Positions 46,842-56,472 of a stretch of 64,000 nt of DNA are shown here, piece by piece. Each line of letters opens with the position of its first letter. Within the stretch, counting starts at the first letter, position 1. The stretch comes from Candidatus Poribacteria bacterium (GTDB taxonomy: Bacteria; Poribacteria; WGA-4E; UBA9662), in contig JAYZAL010000100.1 of assembly GCA_036339735.1 (NCBI GenBank), forward strand, positions 35,419 through 99,418, read 5' to 3'. The position numbers and the translations under genes were made by a program. The notes below the pieces were generated by a model. That model did no database searches. It had not been told where the DNA came from and saw only the letters and a program-made list of their open reading frames with translations.

Positions 46842-48907
46842 TTTACCCAGTTCAATCTATCTTAGAGTCACTTTCTATTGACGAATTGCGTCAGTTGATC
46901 CGTGAACATGAACATAAATACTATGTCCAAAATCAACCTGAGTTGCCCGATTATGTTTTTGATCAATTGATGGCTAGATTGGTTGAAGTCGAAACTGAAT
47001 CAATAGAACGCGTCCCTCCAGACTCACCAACCCAAAGAGTTGGCAGTTCTATTACTGATAACCAGATTGGTACGCGTATTCGCCACCAGATACCAATGCT
47101 TTCCTTAGAGAATACCTACAAACCGGAAGATTTATTAGATTTTGACAAACGCATACGAAAAGCTCTACCAAACGAAGAGATCTCTTATGTTTGTGAACTC
47201 AAGATTGACGGTTTAGGTGTGGCTCTGTTTTATGAACAGGGATCATTGACCTATGGTGTTACACGTGGAGATGGAAAGTTTGGTGAAGACGTAACCGCTA
47301 ACATACGAACGATAAAGTCTATTCCACTCCGTTTATCTACTGAAGGACAAAGTTCACTACCGGAACGAATGGAAGTCCGCGGCGAAGTATTTATGCCAGT
47401 ATCTGCGCTAGATCAGATTAACCAAATGCGTGTTGATCAATCAAAGCCTAAATTTGCAAACCCAAGGAATGCGGCAGCTGGTAGTTTACGTTTACTCGAT
47501 GTAAATATGACTGCTCAGAGGCCTCTCGACATCTTTCTGTACCACATAAGTTCTGGTTGGGATCTAGCTACTCATCAGGAAGCCCTTTTACATTTAGAAC
47601 AATTGGGGTTTAAATTAAACCCTTATAACGAAGTCCATAGTAACATTAACGATGTGATAGACTATTACCATCGGTTGAGGAAAATCCGACACACTTTCAA
47701 CTACGACGTAGATGGTATTGTAATTAAGATAAATAAGCTATCGCAGCAGCAATTGTTGGGAGCAAATGCGAAATTTCCTCGCTGGGCAATCTGTTGTAAG
47801 TTTCCTGCCCAAAATGCAACTACTCGTATCGAAAAAATCGTCGTTCAGGTTAGTAGGATGGGTGTTTTAACACCAGTTGCTCATCTTCAGCCAGTTTCGG
47901 TGGGAGGTGCGACCATTACCCATGCAACGCTACACAACGAACAGGAGATTAATCGAAAAGATATTCGAGTTGGGGACTTTGTAGTATTAGAGCGATCCGG
48001 AGACGTAATTCCAAAGATTATTCAGGTGTTAACTGATAGAAGAACAGAGGTGTTAAGAGTATTTTCCCTTCCAGATTTCTGTCCTTCTTGTCAGTCTCCT
48101 ATTGACCGAACAGAAACTCAGGTTGCAGTTCGTTGTCTTAATACCGCATGTCCCGCTCAAACGAAACAACGCATTATACATTTTGCTTCGCGACCAGCTA
48201 TGGAAATTGAGGGACTTGGACCACGAATTGTAGATCAATTAGTAGATGCTGGTCTTTTGAGAACTGCGGCTGATTTATATAAGCTGCACAAGGACACACT
48301 TTTAGAATTAGAAGGGTTCGCTAGTAAGAAAGCCACTAATCTATTACAATCCATCGAAATAAGCAAATTGATAAGACCTGACCGACTACTATTCGGCTTA
48401 GGTATCCCATACGTAGGACAAACGGTAGCTAATTCTCTAATAGACTCATTTAAGTCAATTGATCAGATCATGGAAGCAACTATAGAGGATCTAAAATCAG
48501 TTGAAGGAGTCGGTGAGAAAATTGCACACAGCGTACTCGATTTTTTTTCACTCAAATCTAACCAAAACCTAATTACACAGTTACGGCTGGCTAGCCTACA
48601 GTTTTCTGCTAATGATATATTGCCGAGCAAACAAAACGAAAACAGAGGCTTTTTTGAAGGTAAAACGTTTGTATTCACAGGCACATTGGACTCTATGTCC
48701 CGCAGTCAAGCATCACAAAAAATTATAAATTTTGGAGGTAGCGTCAGCAAAAGCGTTAGTCAAAAAACTGACGCCGTGATCTTGGGATCTTTTCCAGGTA
48801 AGAAATACGAAAAAGCAATTGCATTGCAGATTATGGTTATGACGGAAGTTGAATTCCAAAAATTCATTACTCGTGAGATCACAGAAGGGCCTCAAACCAC
48901 GGGATAA
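46838..48907 (+). CDS. ligA: NAD-dependent DNA ligase
   Basis: 'ELKIDG', 'TRGDG', 'EVRGEV', 'NPRNAAAGSLR', Zn finger 'CPSC...C...C', HhH motifs, BRCT 'GKTFVFTG'. Confidence 0.97.
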   Translation: MIYPVQSILESLSIDELRQLIREHEHKYYVQNQPELPDYVFDQLMARLVEVETESIERVPPDSPTQRVGSSITDNQIGTRIRHQIPMLSLENTYKPEDLLDFDKRIRKALPNEEISYVCELKIDGLGVALFYEQGSLTYGVTRGDGKFGEDVTANIRTIKSIPLRLSTEGQSSLPERMEVRGEVFMPVSALDQINQMRVDQSKPKFANPRNAAAGSLRLLDVNMTAQRPLDIFLYHISSGWDLATHQEALLHLEQLGFKLNPYNEVHSNINDVIDYYHRLRKIRHTFNYDVDGIVIKINKLSQQQLLGANAKFPRWAICCKFPAQNATTRIEKIVVQVSRMGVLTPVAHLQPVSVGGATITHATLHNEQEINRKDIRVGDFVVLERSGDVIPKIIQVLTDRRTEVLRVFSLPDFCPSCQSPIDRTETQVAVRCLNTACPAQTKQRIIHFASRPAMEIEGLGPRIVDQLVDAGLLRTAADLYKLHKDTLLELEGFASKKATNLLQSIEISKLIRPDRLLFGLGIPYVGQTVANSLIDSFKSIDQIMEATIEDLKSVEGVGEKIAHSVLDFFSLKSNQNLITQLRLASLQFSANDILPSKQNENRGFFEGKTFVFTGTLDSMSRSQASQKIINFGGSVSKSVSQKTDAVILGSFPGKKYEKAIALQIMVMTEVEFQKFITREITEGPQTTG

Positions 48908-49839
48908 TGTGGAGATTCACCTTTTAAAACTAATGCTACATCTTGGCAAACACAAGCCAAAACTCGTTCCCTTGCTTCCTTAGTTAAACCTGCTATATGC
49001 GGTGTTAAAATCACTCGACCTGTCTTTTCTAACTTACCCGTCGTTGGCGGTTCTATTGCTCGAACGTCGAGAGCCACACCTGCAATCAGTTCTTCTTGCA
49101 ATGCTTTTATTAGATCCGTTTCATCCACTAATCCACCTCTTGCCAAATTGATAAAATAAGCATTTTTTTTCATACGAGAAAATGCTTGATAATTGAACAT
49201 CTTTTCAGTTTTTTGGGTTAGTGGAAGGTGACAAGTCACAAAATCAGATTCGGTCAATAGGTCTTCTAAACTAACGAGATCGGCTCTTATTTCTGTTATA
49301 TTCAAACTGTCAGAGGATATAAGTGTATCATGTGCAAGAATGGACATTCCGAACGCTCTGGCTCGTGTGCCTACCCGATAACCAATTTTTCCTAAACCAA
49401 CAATTCCCAGTTTTTTGCCAAAAATTTCGCTACCTTCAAATCTTTGTCGTTCCCAGTTTCCATTTTTAGTGACCTGATTAGCTTCGGGTATTTTTCGAGC
49501 TAAAGACAGCATTAGACCTAATGCCAATTCAGCAACTGAAACAGCATTTTGCTCTGGAGCAAAGGTGACTATCAATTCAGCTGATTTAGTAGCTCTTAAG
49601 TCTATGTTATCTAGACCAACACCATGTCTACCAATTACCCTTAGCCTACCAGCAGCTGATACCAACTTCTGATCAATGATTGTTTGGTTCCTAATAATTA
49701 ACCCATCATAGTTTCCGATGATTTGTCTCAACTGCTCTGATTTCTTCCATAAGCTAGGATTAACCGTAACAGAAAACTCATGTTTAAGGTGTTCTAGCGC
49801 TTGCCCATGAATTGCTTCTGTAACTAGTATCTTTTTCAT
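48892..49839 (-). CDS. D-isomer-specific 2-hydroxyacid dehydrogenase (PGDH-like, no ACT domain)
   Basis: 'GRHGVGLDNID', 'GIVGLGKIG', 'HLPLT', 'INLARG', 'LTPHIAG.T.E'. Confidence 0.88.
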   Translation of the reverse strand: MKKILVTEAIHGQALEHLKHEFSVTVNPSLWKKSEQLRQIIGNYDGLIIRNQTIIDQKLVSAAGRLRVIGRHGVGLDNIDLRATKSAELIVTFAPEQNAVSVAELALGLMLSLARKIPEANQVTKNGNWERQRFEGSEIFGKKLGIVGLGKIGYRVGTRARAFGMSILAHDTLISSDSLNITEIRADLVSLEDLLTESDFVTCHLPLTQKTEKMFNYQAFSRMKKNAYFINLARGGLVDETDLIKALQEELIAGVALDVRAIEPPTTGKLEKTGRVILTPHIAGLTKEARERVLACVCQDVALVLKGESPHYPVV

Positions 49840-49916
49840 AGTCTCGTTATACAGGGGAAATTCAATGAATGATTAATGTTGTGATTGAAACCAAAGTAGA
49901 CGAGAGGGTCGGAAAA

Positions 49917-50438
49917 CTATTTTTCTTCTTTCTTATTTGATTCCATTTCTTTCAGTTTGGACAGTGTCTCCACTGTGTTACGTAGTTCCTTACGAAAAGT
50001 CCGGTCGAAAACCATAAACCTAATTTGTTGGTCAGGATTCAACGAATCAAGAAGTTCTCGATAGAGAAGATCTCTTTTTTGTGCATACTTTTCCCTATTT
50101 CCCAGATATTCGTTTAAGATTTCCTTTTTCTCTTGTATTTTACCTTCTTCAGTAGCAAGCTGCTGGATAAGATCAAAGTTAGAGCGATCACGAGTTCTAA
50201 ATTCGCTCCTTAAATGTTCAATCTGGTTAAAATTAGACATCAAAGCTATAGCTTGATCTTCATCTGATGGAATTACTGCTTCGATTAGCTTCCATCCTTT
50301 CAGAATAGATTTCAACTGGCGTTCAGGCTCTTGGTCCGCAAAACGTTGACCTACTTGAGCAACAAGATGAGGTAAAAACGCCAGTGACAAAACAGAAAAA
50401 AACACAATCGAAATAGCGATTAGGATTCGATGTTTCAT
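49917..50438 (-). CDS. Secreted helical protein (Spy/CpxP-like), third gene of ECF locus
   Basis: Signal peptide, all-helical, 'LNPDQQIRF' resembles the LTxxQ motif. Confidence 0.5.
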   Translation of the reverse strand: MKHRILIAISIVFFSVLSLAFLPHLVAQVGQRFADQEPERQLKSILKGWKLIEAVIPSDEDQAIALMSNFNQIEHLRSEFRTRDRSNFDLIQQLATEEGKIQEKKEILNEYLGNREKYAQKRDLLYRELLDSLNPDQQIRFMVFDRTFRKELRNTVETLSKLKEMESNKKEEK

Positions 50439-50465
50439 TGTTGGTTATTAATTTGATATTTAATT

Positions 50466-51164
50466 TTAATAAAGGCTAGCAAGATCATTAATGGAAAAGT
50501 CCGTATCTTCTTCATCAACGCGAGATTCATCCGACAAGGTAGCAATAATATGGTCAATCGAATCTATCGTAGTCTCAGACAAAGTGTTTGAGATCTGGAC
50601 ACTATTTGTCGATTCCAAGTAATCTGGATGCTCAGACAACATATCGTCGTATGATTCGTCTTGAACCAGTACATTTTCAATCTCTTGAATAACGATATTA
50701 ATTTCAGGGATTAGAGGTGATGTAGTCTCGCGAGGTAACCTGAGCATTTTTCTTGGCCCATCGACTTGCGCGATAATATTTCTTTTTGATTTACTATCTT
50801 GATTTATAGTGTAATAAATAAGCGTACCAATAGCGAGTAGCAGGCAAGCTGCTACTTGCCAACCAACACTCGAAATTTTGGCCCAAGGGATCGTAACATT
50901 TTGGTCTTGTTTGATCATACTGGTTTCGATTTGACTGAAAATATCAGCAGAGAAACTATTCCATCTATCAGCGCTAGGGTACGAAACGGATGGAGGTGTT
51001 ACTAGGCCTAGTAGTGATCGAAATTCGTCTGTTTGCTTCGAGCAATGGGAACAATGATCAAGATGATTTTCAAATTGCTGAACTTGTTCGTCTTTCAACT
51101 CATTATCAATATACTCTAAAATTAGTGGCTTGAAAAAATCACATCTCATCTCTTCTCCTATCAA
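50466..51164 (-). CDS. Zinc-binding anti-sigma factor (zf-HC2) with TM helix
   Basis: 'C......EYID.EL......FENHLDHCSHC'; TM 'VAACLLLAIGTLIYY'. Confidence 0.85.
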   Translation of the reverse strand: MIGEEMRCDFFKPLILEYIDNELKDEQVQQFENHLDHCSHCSKQTDEFRSLLGLVTPPSVSYPSADRWNSFSADIFSQIETSMIKQDQNVTIPWAKISSVGWQVAACLLLAIGTLIYYTINQDSKSKRNIIAQVDGPRKMLRLPRETTSPLIPEINIVIQEIENVLVQDESYDDMLSEHPDYLESTNSVQISNTLSETTIDSIDHIIATLSDESRVDEEDTDFSINDLASLY

Positions 51165-51221
51165 TCAAAAACTTAGTACAAGTCTCTCTAGTTTGTCAGC
51201 AGTTGAGTCCTACTAAAAATA

Positions 51222-51794
51222 TTAGTCGGCTACGTAATGCTCAAGGTGCTTACGCAAGTTACGGATGGCATTAAATAGGTGAGCTTTAATGCTTCCCACT
51301 CTTAAATCTAATATGTCTGCTATTTCACTCAGAGGTAGATCCTCATAATAACGTAGGACAAAAACTTGTTGCTGCCGAGTCGAAAGCTCAGAGATTGCCC
51401 TTTTGATTTCCTTGTCAATTTCAGCTGCCTCAACGGGATGAACCACTGAATCATTAGACACTCGGGGATGGAGTAAGGACTCATCCGCGGGAAAATCATC
51501 CGGAAAAAGATACTCAGGGCGATTATTCTTTCTTCGTGTATAGTCCACACCAGCATTACGGGCGATACGATAAAGCCAAGTGTAAAAAGTGGCTTTACTC
51601 TCAAACCCCCCCAACGCCCGAAACGCTTTTAGAAAAATTTCCTGTGAAAGATCGTACGCCTCTTCGGTATTTCGAGTGAAATTATAAGCTATATCGTAGA
51701 CTCGCCTCTTATACCTATCAGCTAATAAACCAAAGGCCTCAAGATCTCCAGCTTGTGATTTTTCTACTAGATCTTGATCTGAGTCTTCTGACAT
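51222..51794 (-). CDS. ECF RNA polymerase sigma factor
   Basis: 'DLSQEIFLKAF', 'FYTWLYRIARN', region 4 'L..RQQQVFVLRYYEDL.LSEIADIL'. Confidence 0.93.
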   Translation of the reverse strand: MSEDSDQDLVEKSQAGDLEAFGLLADRYKRRVYDIAYNFTRNTEEAYDLSQEIFLKAFRALGGFESKATFYTWLYRIARNAGVDYTRRKNNRPEYLFPDDFPADESLLHPRVSNDSVVHPVEAAEIDKEIKRAISELSTRQQQVFVLRYYEDLPLSEIADILDLRVGSIKAHLFNAIRNLRKHLEHYVAD

Positions 51795-51814
51795 TTCACC
51801 CGCCTGTCCCCGAC

Positions 51815-51841
51815 TAGACGCTTAAGTCGAGCATAAAGTTT
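51815..51841 (-). promoter_or_regulatory. Candidate autoregulatory ECF promoter
   Basis: Minus-strand AAAC (51841-51838), 17 nt, CGTCTA (51820-51815), about 20 nt upstream of the sigma start. Confidence 0.55.
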
Positions 51842-51898
51842 ATGTTTTTAGAGATTTAAATTGTCAAAACAGAACGACGATCAAAACATGGAAGGAAA

Positions 51899-51971
51899 AG
51901 CCGATGGGCGGATTTGAACCGCCGACCTACTGATTACGAATCAGTTGCTCTAGCCACTGAGCTACACCGGC
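51899..51971 (-). tRNA. tRNA-Thr(CGT)
   Basis: GCCGGTGTAGCTCAGTGGCTAGAGCAACTGATTCGTAATCAGTAGGTCGGCGGTTCAAATCCGCCCATCGGCT; full cloverleaf; CCA not encoded. Confidence 0.96.
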
Positions 51972-51976
51972 GAAAA

Positions 51977-52049
<73 letters not shown>

Positions 52050-52095
52050 ACAATAAACCCCCTCTTCGTCAAAAAAAGAAGAAGCCGGCTTGGAG

Positions 52096-52125
52096 ATAAT
52101 AACAAAATAAATAAAATAATGTCAA
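52096..52125 (-). promoter_or_regulatory. Candidate sigma70 promoter for the tRNA pair
   Basis: Minus-strand TTGACA (52125-52120), 18-nt spacer ending TGT, TATTAT (52101-52096). Confidence 0.55.
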
Positions 52126-52172
52126 GTCATTATGAGTACAGGAAATAGTGCTCAATGTCTTTACTTGGGCAA

Positions 52173-52201
52173 TTGAATTCCTTTCTCTTCTGCGGTATAA
52201 T
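52173..52201 (+). promoter_or_regulatory. Candidate sigma70 promoter for the 52267-56448 gene run
   Basis: TTGAAT, 17 nt, TATAAT; AAGGAG RBS downstream. Confidence 0.5.
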
Positions 52202-52266
52202 TCCGGAGTCTTTGGACCTGCTTAATTTCGGCCGTGCTACCAGCCCAGTGAAGGAGAAGCCACTTG

Positions 52267-53079
52267 ATGTTCTTTCGACAATTAACGGTTTGGTTGACCG
52301 TTGCTTTTATGTTGTTAATTTCAACCACTGTACTAATAGCTCACGAAGATGTGTCACCAGGTAAGAGTAAAGTTGATGTAACTCACGAGCAAGGTGTCGA
52401 AAGCATAGAAGTTCTACTTTCTGGGAATATCAGTTTCCATGACACCACTCAAATCCGCAGATTACTACGACCTTGGGTAGAACCTAGTAATATTCGCTTT
52501 CGAGACTATATCGACGAGCATGGCAGACGGGGCTTTTTTACAACTGTTGTACAAATTCAGGTAGAACGAAAAAATTCTCCACGACTGTACAAAATCATCC
52601 AACAACTACGCGACCAAAGATTTCGAGGAACAAATGCGGCGAGTAAAACACGAGTTTTAAAAACAGAGGTCACTGTCTCCGGTGAGATGCCGACCTATGC
52701 TAATTGGAACAGAAGTTCATTACGTAATGTCCCCTATTGGCGAAATTGGCGTGGCGATACTTCTTCAGTGAACCACGTTTTGGTGACAGAATCAGATCAG
52801 AAATTTGTATTTCATCGCAATAAAAATTTCGACTCACTAAGGCTGGAATTAGGAAAATCAGATAATGATGTTGCTGAAGAAAAAAACAGCCTAGAAACTA
52901 AGAAAGTAGTCAAAATGAAAGCAAAATTAATAAGCTTCGATGGCCCATACCCCGTGATGTCAGTACAAAAATTTCAGATTGATCGTGTTAATACTACCCT
53001 AACTGAGAAACAAGAAGCTACGAATAGAATTATTGAAAAAAAGACTGAAAATAAAGCTCTGCTTCGTGAAAGCGATTAG
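52267..53079 (+). CDS. Secreted hypothetical protein
   Basis: RBS and N-terminal signal peptide; no family recognised. Confidence 0.6.
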   Translation: MFFRQLTVWLTVAFMLLISTTVLIAHEDVSPGKSKVDVTHEQGVESIEVLLSGNISFHDTTQIRRLLRPWVEPSNIRFRDYIDEHGRRGFFTTVVQIQVERKNSPRLYKIIQQLRDQRFRGTNAASKTRVLKTEVTVSGEMPTYANWNRSSLRNVPYWRNWRGDTSSVNHVLVTESDQKFVFHRNKNFDSLRLELGKSDNDVAEEKNSLETKKVVKMKAKLISFDGPYPVMSVQKFQIDRVNTTLTEKQEATNRIIEKKTENKALLRESD

Positions 53080-53118
53080 GCTAACTTCGACTATATAGGT
53101 TTTTGACACTCCATTCCC

Positions 53119-54273
53119 ATGCCACAGATTTTTATTAAGGACCTCTACTACCGTCGGACTCGTGCTGTGATGACCACGGTGGGTATAGTAGTCTTGATTA
53201 CCTTGATCTTGTTATTAGGTGGGATTATGAATGGAATGAAGATTCAGGTACAGCAATATATCCTTTCTACTGGAGCTAATCTCTGGATCTCTGCCGAAGG
53301 ATCTGGAGGTGCATTCACTGGTTTTTCTTTATTAGTGCCTGAATATCTTGTTTTTATTGACCACACCCCGGGTATAAAACGTGATTCGGTTTCGCCCCTC
53401 ATTTTTGCCCAGTCCCGTCCCGTAATTGACGGTAAAGCAACCAAAGCGATTGTGGTTGGTTATCAGCTAGAGAAATTGGGTGGGCCAAGGCGGACTTTAC
53501 CTAACGAAGGGCGGATGTTTTTACCAAGCCAATATGCAGATTATCGTCCTGAAGATCTCCCTCCAGCGGAAGTCGTCATTGATGAGAAAATGAGGGCTCC
53601 AAATGGGAAAAAAATACCTATAGGTGGTAAAATTTATATAGGTGGAAAAGAGCTAAGGGTGGTTGGTCGGACACAGAGTTTAATGTTCGTCCTTGACACC
53701 CCCTTATTGTTTATGGATTGGCGAACAGCCCAAGATGTATTACTGAAAAATAGCCTTCATGTCAACATGATGATTGCATCTACTGAGACTAATCAACCAG
53801 CCGAACCACTAGTTGACTTGTTAGACCAAAATGGGATGATAGAAGCCAAAACGCTAGCCCAAACATTAGATAGTATCACCGAAACTTATGTTGATGAACC
53901 AATGAAAGCCGTACAGTTTTTGCGGGTGATGCTCTGGCTTTCGGCGGGCCTAATTGTGACTATGATTACTTACGTTACAACATTGGAGAAAACTAGAGAA
54001 ATTGGAACACTTAAGGCCATTGGTGCGTCTAACAGCTATGTGGTTATGCTAATTTTGAAGCAGGTGATATTGATATCATTCTTTGGCGTCTTTTTGGGCG
54101 TGTCCCTAGCCTTTTTAGCTGCTGCTGTGGCTCCAATATTCGTCAAGGTGAACTTGCTAGAAGCAATCATTGTTGCTGCTATCAGCTTTGTTGTTTGTTG
54201 TAGTGGTGGATACTTGGCTGCTCGTAAGGCATTAGAAGTAGATCCAATGATAGCCTTCCGAGGTGAGTTATAA
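53119..54273 (+). CDS. ABC transporter permease (MacB/FtsX family)
   Basis: N-terminal TM, periplasmic domain, 'EKTREIGTLKAIGA', C-terminal TMs, 'VDPM.AFR'. Confidence 0.9.
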   Translation: MPQIFIKDLYYRRTRAVMTTVGIVVLITLILLLGGIMNGMKIQVQQYILSTGANLWISAEGSGGAFTGFSLLVPEYLVFIDHTPGIKRDSVSPLIFAQSRPVIDGKATKAIVVGYQLEKLGGPRRTLPNEGRMFLPSQYADYRPEDLPPAEVVIDEKMRAPNGKKIPIGGKIYIGGKELRVVGRTQSLMFVLDTPLLFMDWRTAQDVLLKNSLHVNMMIASTETNQPAEPLVDLLDQNGMIEAKTLAQTLDSITETYVDEPMKAVQFLRVMLWLSAGLIVTMITYVTTLEKTREIGTLKAIGASNSYVVMLILKQVILISFFGVFLGVSLAFLAAAVAPIFVKVNLLEAIIVAAISFVVCCSGGYLAARKALEVDPMIAFRGEL

Positions 54274-54935
54274 TGATTGTTCAAGCTAAGGGACTAACCA
54301 AAGTTTTTGGGCAGGATCAAGCCCGAATTGTAGCTGTTGATAATGTTGATTTGACCATCGAGATTGGCGAGCTTGTAATGTTTATGGGCAATAGCGGTTG
54401 TGGGAAAACCACTTTGGTTAGCTTACTCGGTTGTATTCTAACACCGGACGAAGGACAAATTATATTAGATGGTAAAACTATTGACTACATGAGCCACGAT
54501 TTATCTCAAATACGACGGGAAAAGATTGGTTTCGTTTTCCAATTATTTAACTTAATCCCGTATCTAACGGCTTTAGAAAACGTGATGATTGCAATGAAAA
54601 TTAATGGAATTGAGTCTTCAGAAGCACGAGGGCGAGCCAAAGATTTACTCCTACAAGTTGGCCTAGAAAATCGATTAGACCATCGTCCGGCTCAATTGTC
54701 AGGAGGAGAAAAACAACGAGTTTCATTTGCGCGCGCGTTATCGAATGAACCTAAAATCATTTTTGCAGATGAGCCGACGGCTAATTTGGATAGTCGCCAA
54801 ACTGATAATTTGATGGATTTGATTCGTCAATTACGTCAGGATCAACAGACAACGATCGCCATTGTGACCCATCATGAAACACTACAAAAGGATGCCGATC
54901 GAGTTATTTATATGCAAGATGGTAAGATAATGTGA
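54273..54935 (+). CDS. ABC transporter ATP-binding protein (LolD/MacB-type)
   Basis: Walker A 'GNSGCGKTT', 'GFVFQ.FNL', 'LSGGEKQRV', 'ADEPT.NLD'. Confidence 0.93.
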   Translation: MIVQAKGLTKVFGQDQARIVAVDNVDLTIEIGELVMFMGNSGCGKTTLVSLLGCILTPDEGQIILDGKTIDYMSHDLSQIRREKIGFVFQLFNLIPYLTALENVMIAMKINGIESSEARGRAKDLLLQVGLENRLDHRPAQLSGGEKQRVSFARALSNEPKIIFADEPTANLDSRQTDNLMDLIRQLRQDQQTTIAIVTHHETLQKDADRVIYMQDGKIM

Positions 54936-54969
54936 ATGTAGGTCAGGTAGGATAATAGGAGTTACACAA

Positions 54970-56448
54970 ATGTCAAAAAAAAATTCGGAGCTAAAGCAAT
55001 ACAACTTGACATCCATAAATCGGGGGTGGTTATTGTTTTTGCTTTGCGTATCGGTTACTTTTTCAAGCCAACTTGTGTCTCAAGAAGCTAACGAACAAGA
55101 TCTATTCGAGCAGGTTGCTTTGCAACAAGCTGGCCTCAGCGGTTTGGGTTTAAGCGTAATTGATGGATTACCTTACTTTCGAACACAAGCTCAACCTGAT
55201 ATTGCCCTGCCAGGCAAATTAGGTTTTGGGCTAGATTTAGTAGTACTGATTGGAGAGAAAGATGGGAAAGTCTCGGTATTAGCTGAAGATGGAGAAGCTT
55301 GGAATAGTGTTAGTACTTATATGCGAGCAATTCGTTATGTGAGATATGGTTTACCCAGTGACCCATTATACCTTCGATATGGTGAACTCGATTTGGTCAC
55401 AATTGGCCATGGCTTCATTATGTCGGGATATTCTAACCATGATCGACGTGGATTAAGACTCAACTTGGCACTACCGAGTAATAAAATAGGTATGGAAGCA
55501 GTGGTTAATAATTTGGCCATGCCGTCCATTTTTGGTGGACGTCTTTTCGCCCAACCACTAAAGAGAGAAAATGGGCCTTTTTGGCGCAGCTTGGAATTCG
55601 GAATTACTTACTTAACGGATATTGAACCAATAACTCTACAGGAAGATGCTAATCTTGACGAAAATAAGAAAAGAATTGTAGGTGAAGGAACTACAAAACC
55701 ATTACAAGCGATTGGAGTTGACATCGGAATTCCAATTTTCAAGAATGGCTTGATCCGTTCAGATATCTATAGCGACTTAGCCTTACTAAATATGAAACAA
55801 TCGAGTTCCGGTGAAAGAGACTTTGAAACCACAACTAATGGTATTGCTAGCGGAATTCGATTTCTGTTACCCAAGACTATTTTCAAGACTGAGTACAGAA
55901 TATTTATGGAAGGGTTTACTCCTACTATTTTTGACTATACTTATGAGGTAAACAAGGGGTTGGTATCTGATGCTACCAACAGTAACCTGCCTAATTTCGA
56001 AGGGAAAGAAGAAGAATCGAATGGGTTATCATTACGAGGCTTTTATTCAATGCTTTTGGTTCAACCACTAAAGAACGTCAGCTTTCTAGGTACTTTGGAA
56101 AATTATAGTCATACCGAGCCCAAAATGTATTTAGGGTTAACAGAAGATGGATTAATTCCCAAGTTATCATTTAGGGCTTTTTATACTAAAGCTAATATTG
56201 GTGGCTCTTATCAAGATGAAGAAGGAAAAATGGTAAATCCTTCTTTTTTCACTGATTTATTTCGGTTAAAAGATGAAAAATCGGCTTTAACCTTACGTAT
56301 AGGATATGAGATACTGGAAGTACCAGGTGGTTATCCTATCGAAGTCTCAGTTCTCCGACAGTTTAGCTTCCGTCCCAACGAAGATGGAATTTATCAGTCG
56401 ATTAAAAAAACCTCCTTCGAGATTGGGCTTAAGCACACCATTGACTAA
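54970..56448 (+). CDS. Putative outer-membrane beta-barrel protein
   Basis: Signal peptide, amphipathic beta-strands, 'IRYVRYG...YLRYGEL..VTIGHGFIM.GYSN'. Confidence 0.55.
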   Translation: MSKKNSELKQYNLTSINRGWLLFLLCVSVTFSSQLVSQEANEQDLFEQVALQQAGLSGLGLSVIDGLPYFRTQAQPDIALPGKLGFGLDLVVLIGEKDGKVSVLAEDGEAWNSVSTYMRAIRYVRYGLPSDPLYLRYGELDLVTIGHGFIMSGYSNHDRRGLRLNLALPSNKIGMEAVVNNLAMPSIFGGRLFAQPLKRENGPFWRSLEFGITYLTDIEPITLQEDANLDENKKRIVGEGTTKPLQAIGVDIGIPIFKNGLIRSDIYSDLALLNMKQSSSGERDFETTTNGIASGIRFLLPKTIFKTEYRIFMEGFTPTIFDYTYEVNKGLVSDATNSNLPNFEGKEEESNGLSLRGFYSMLLVQPLKNVSFLGTLENYSHTEPKMYLGLTEDGLIPKLSFRAFYTKANIGGSYQDEEGKMVNPSFFTDLFRLKDEKSALTLRIGYEILEVPGGYPIEVSVLRQFSFRPNEDGIYQSIKKTSFEIGLKHTID

Positions 56449-56472
56449 TATTTTAGATGTGTAAACATTTAA

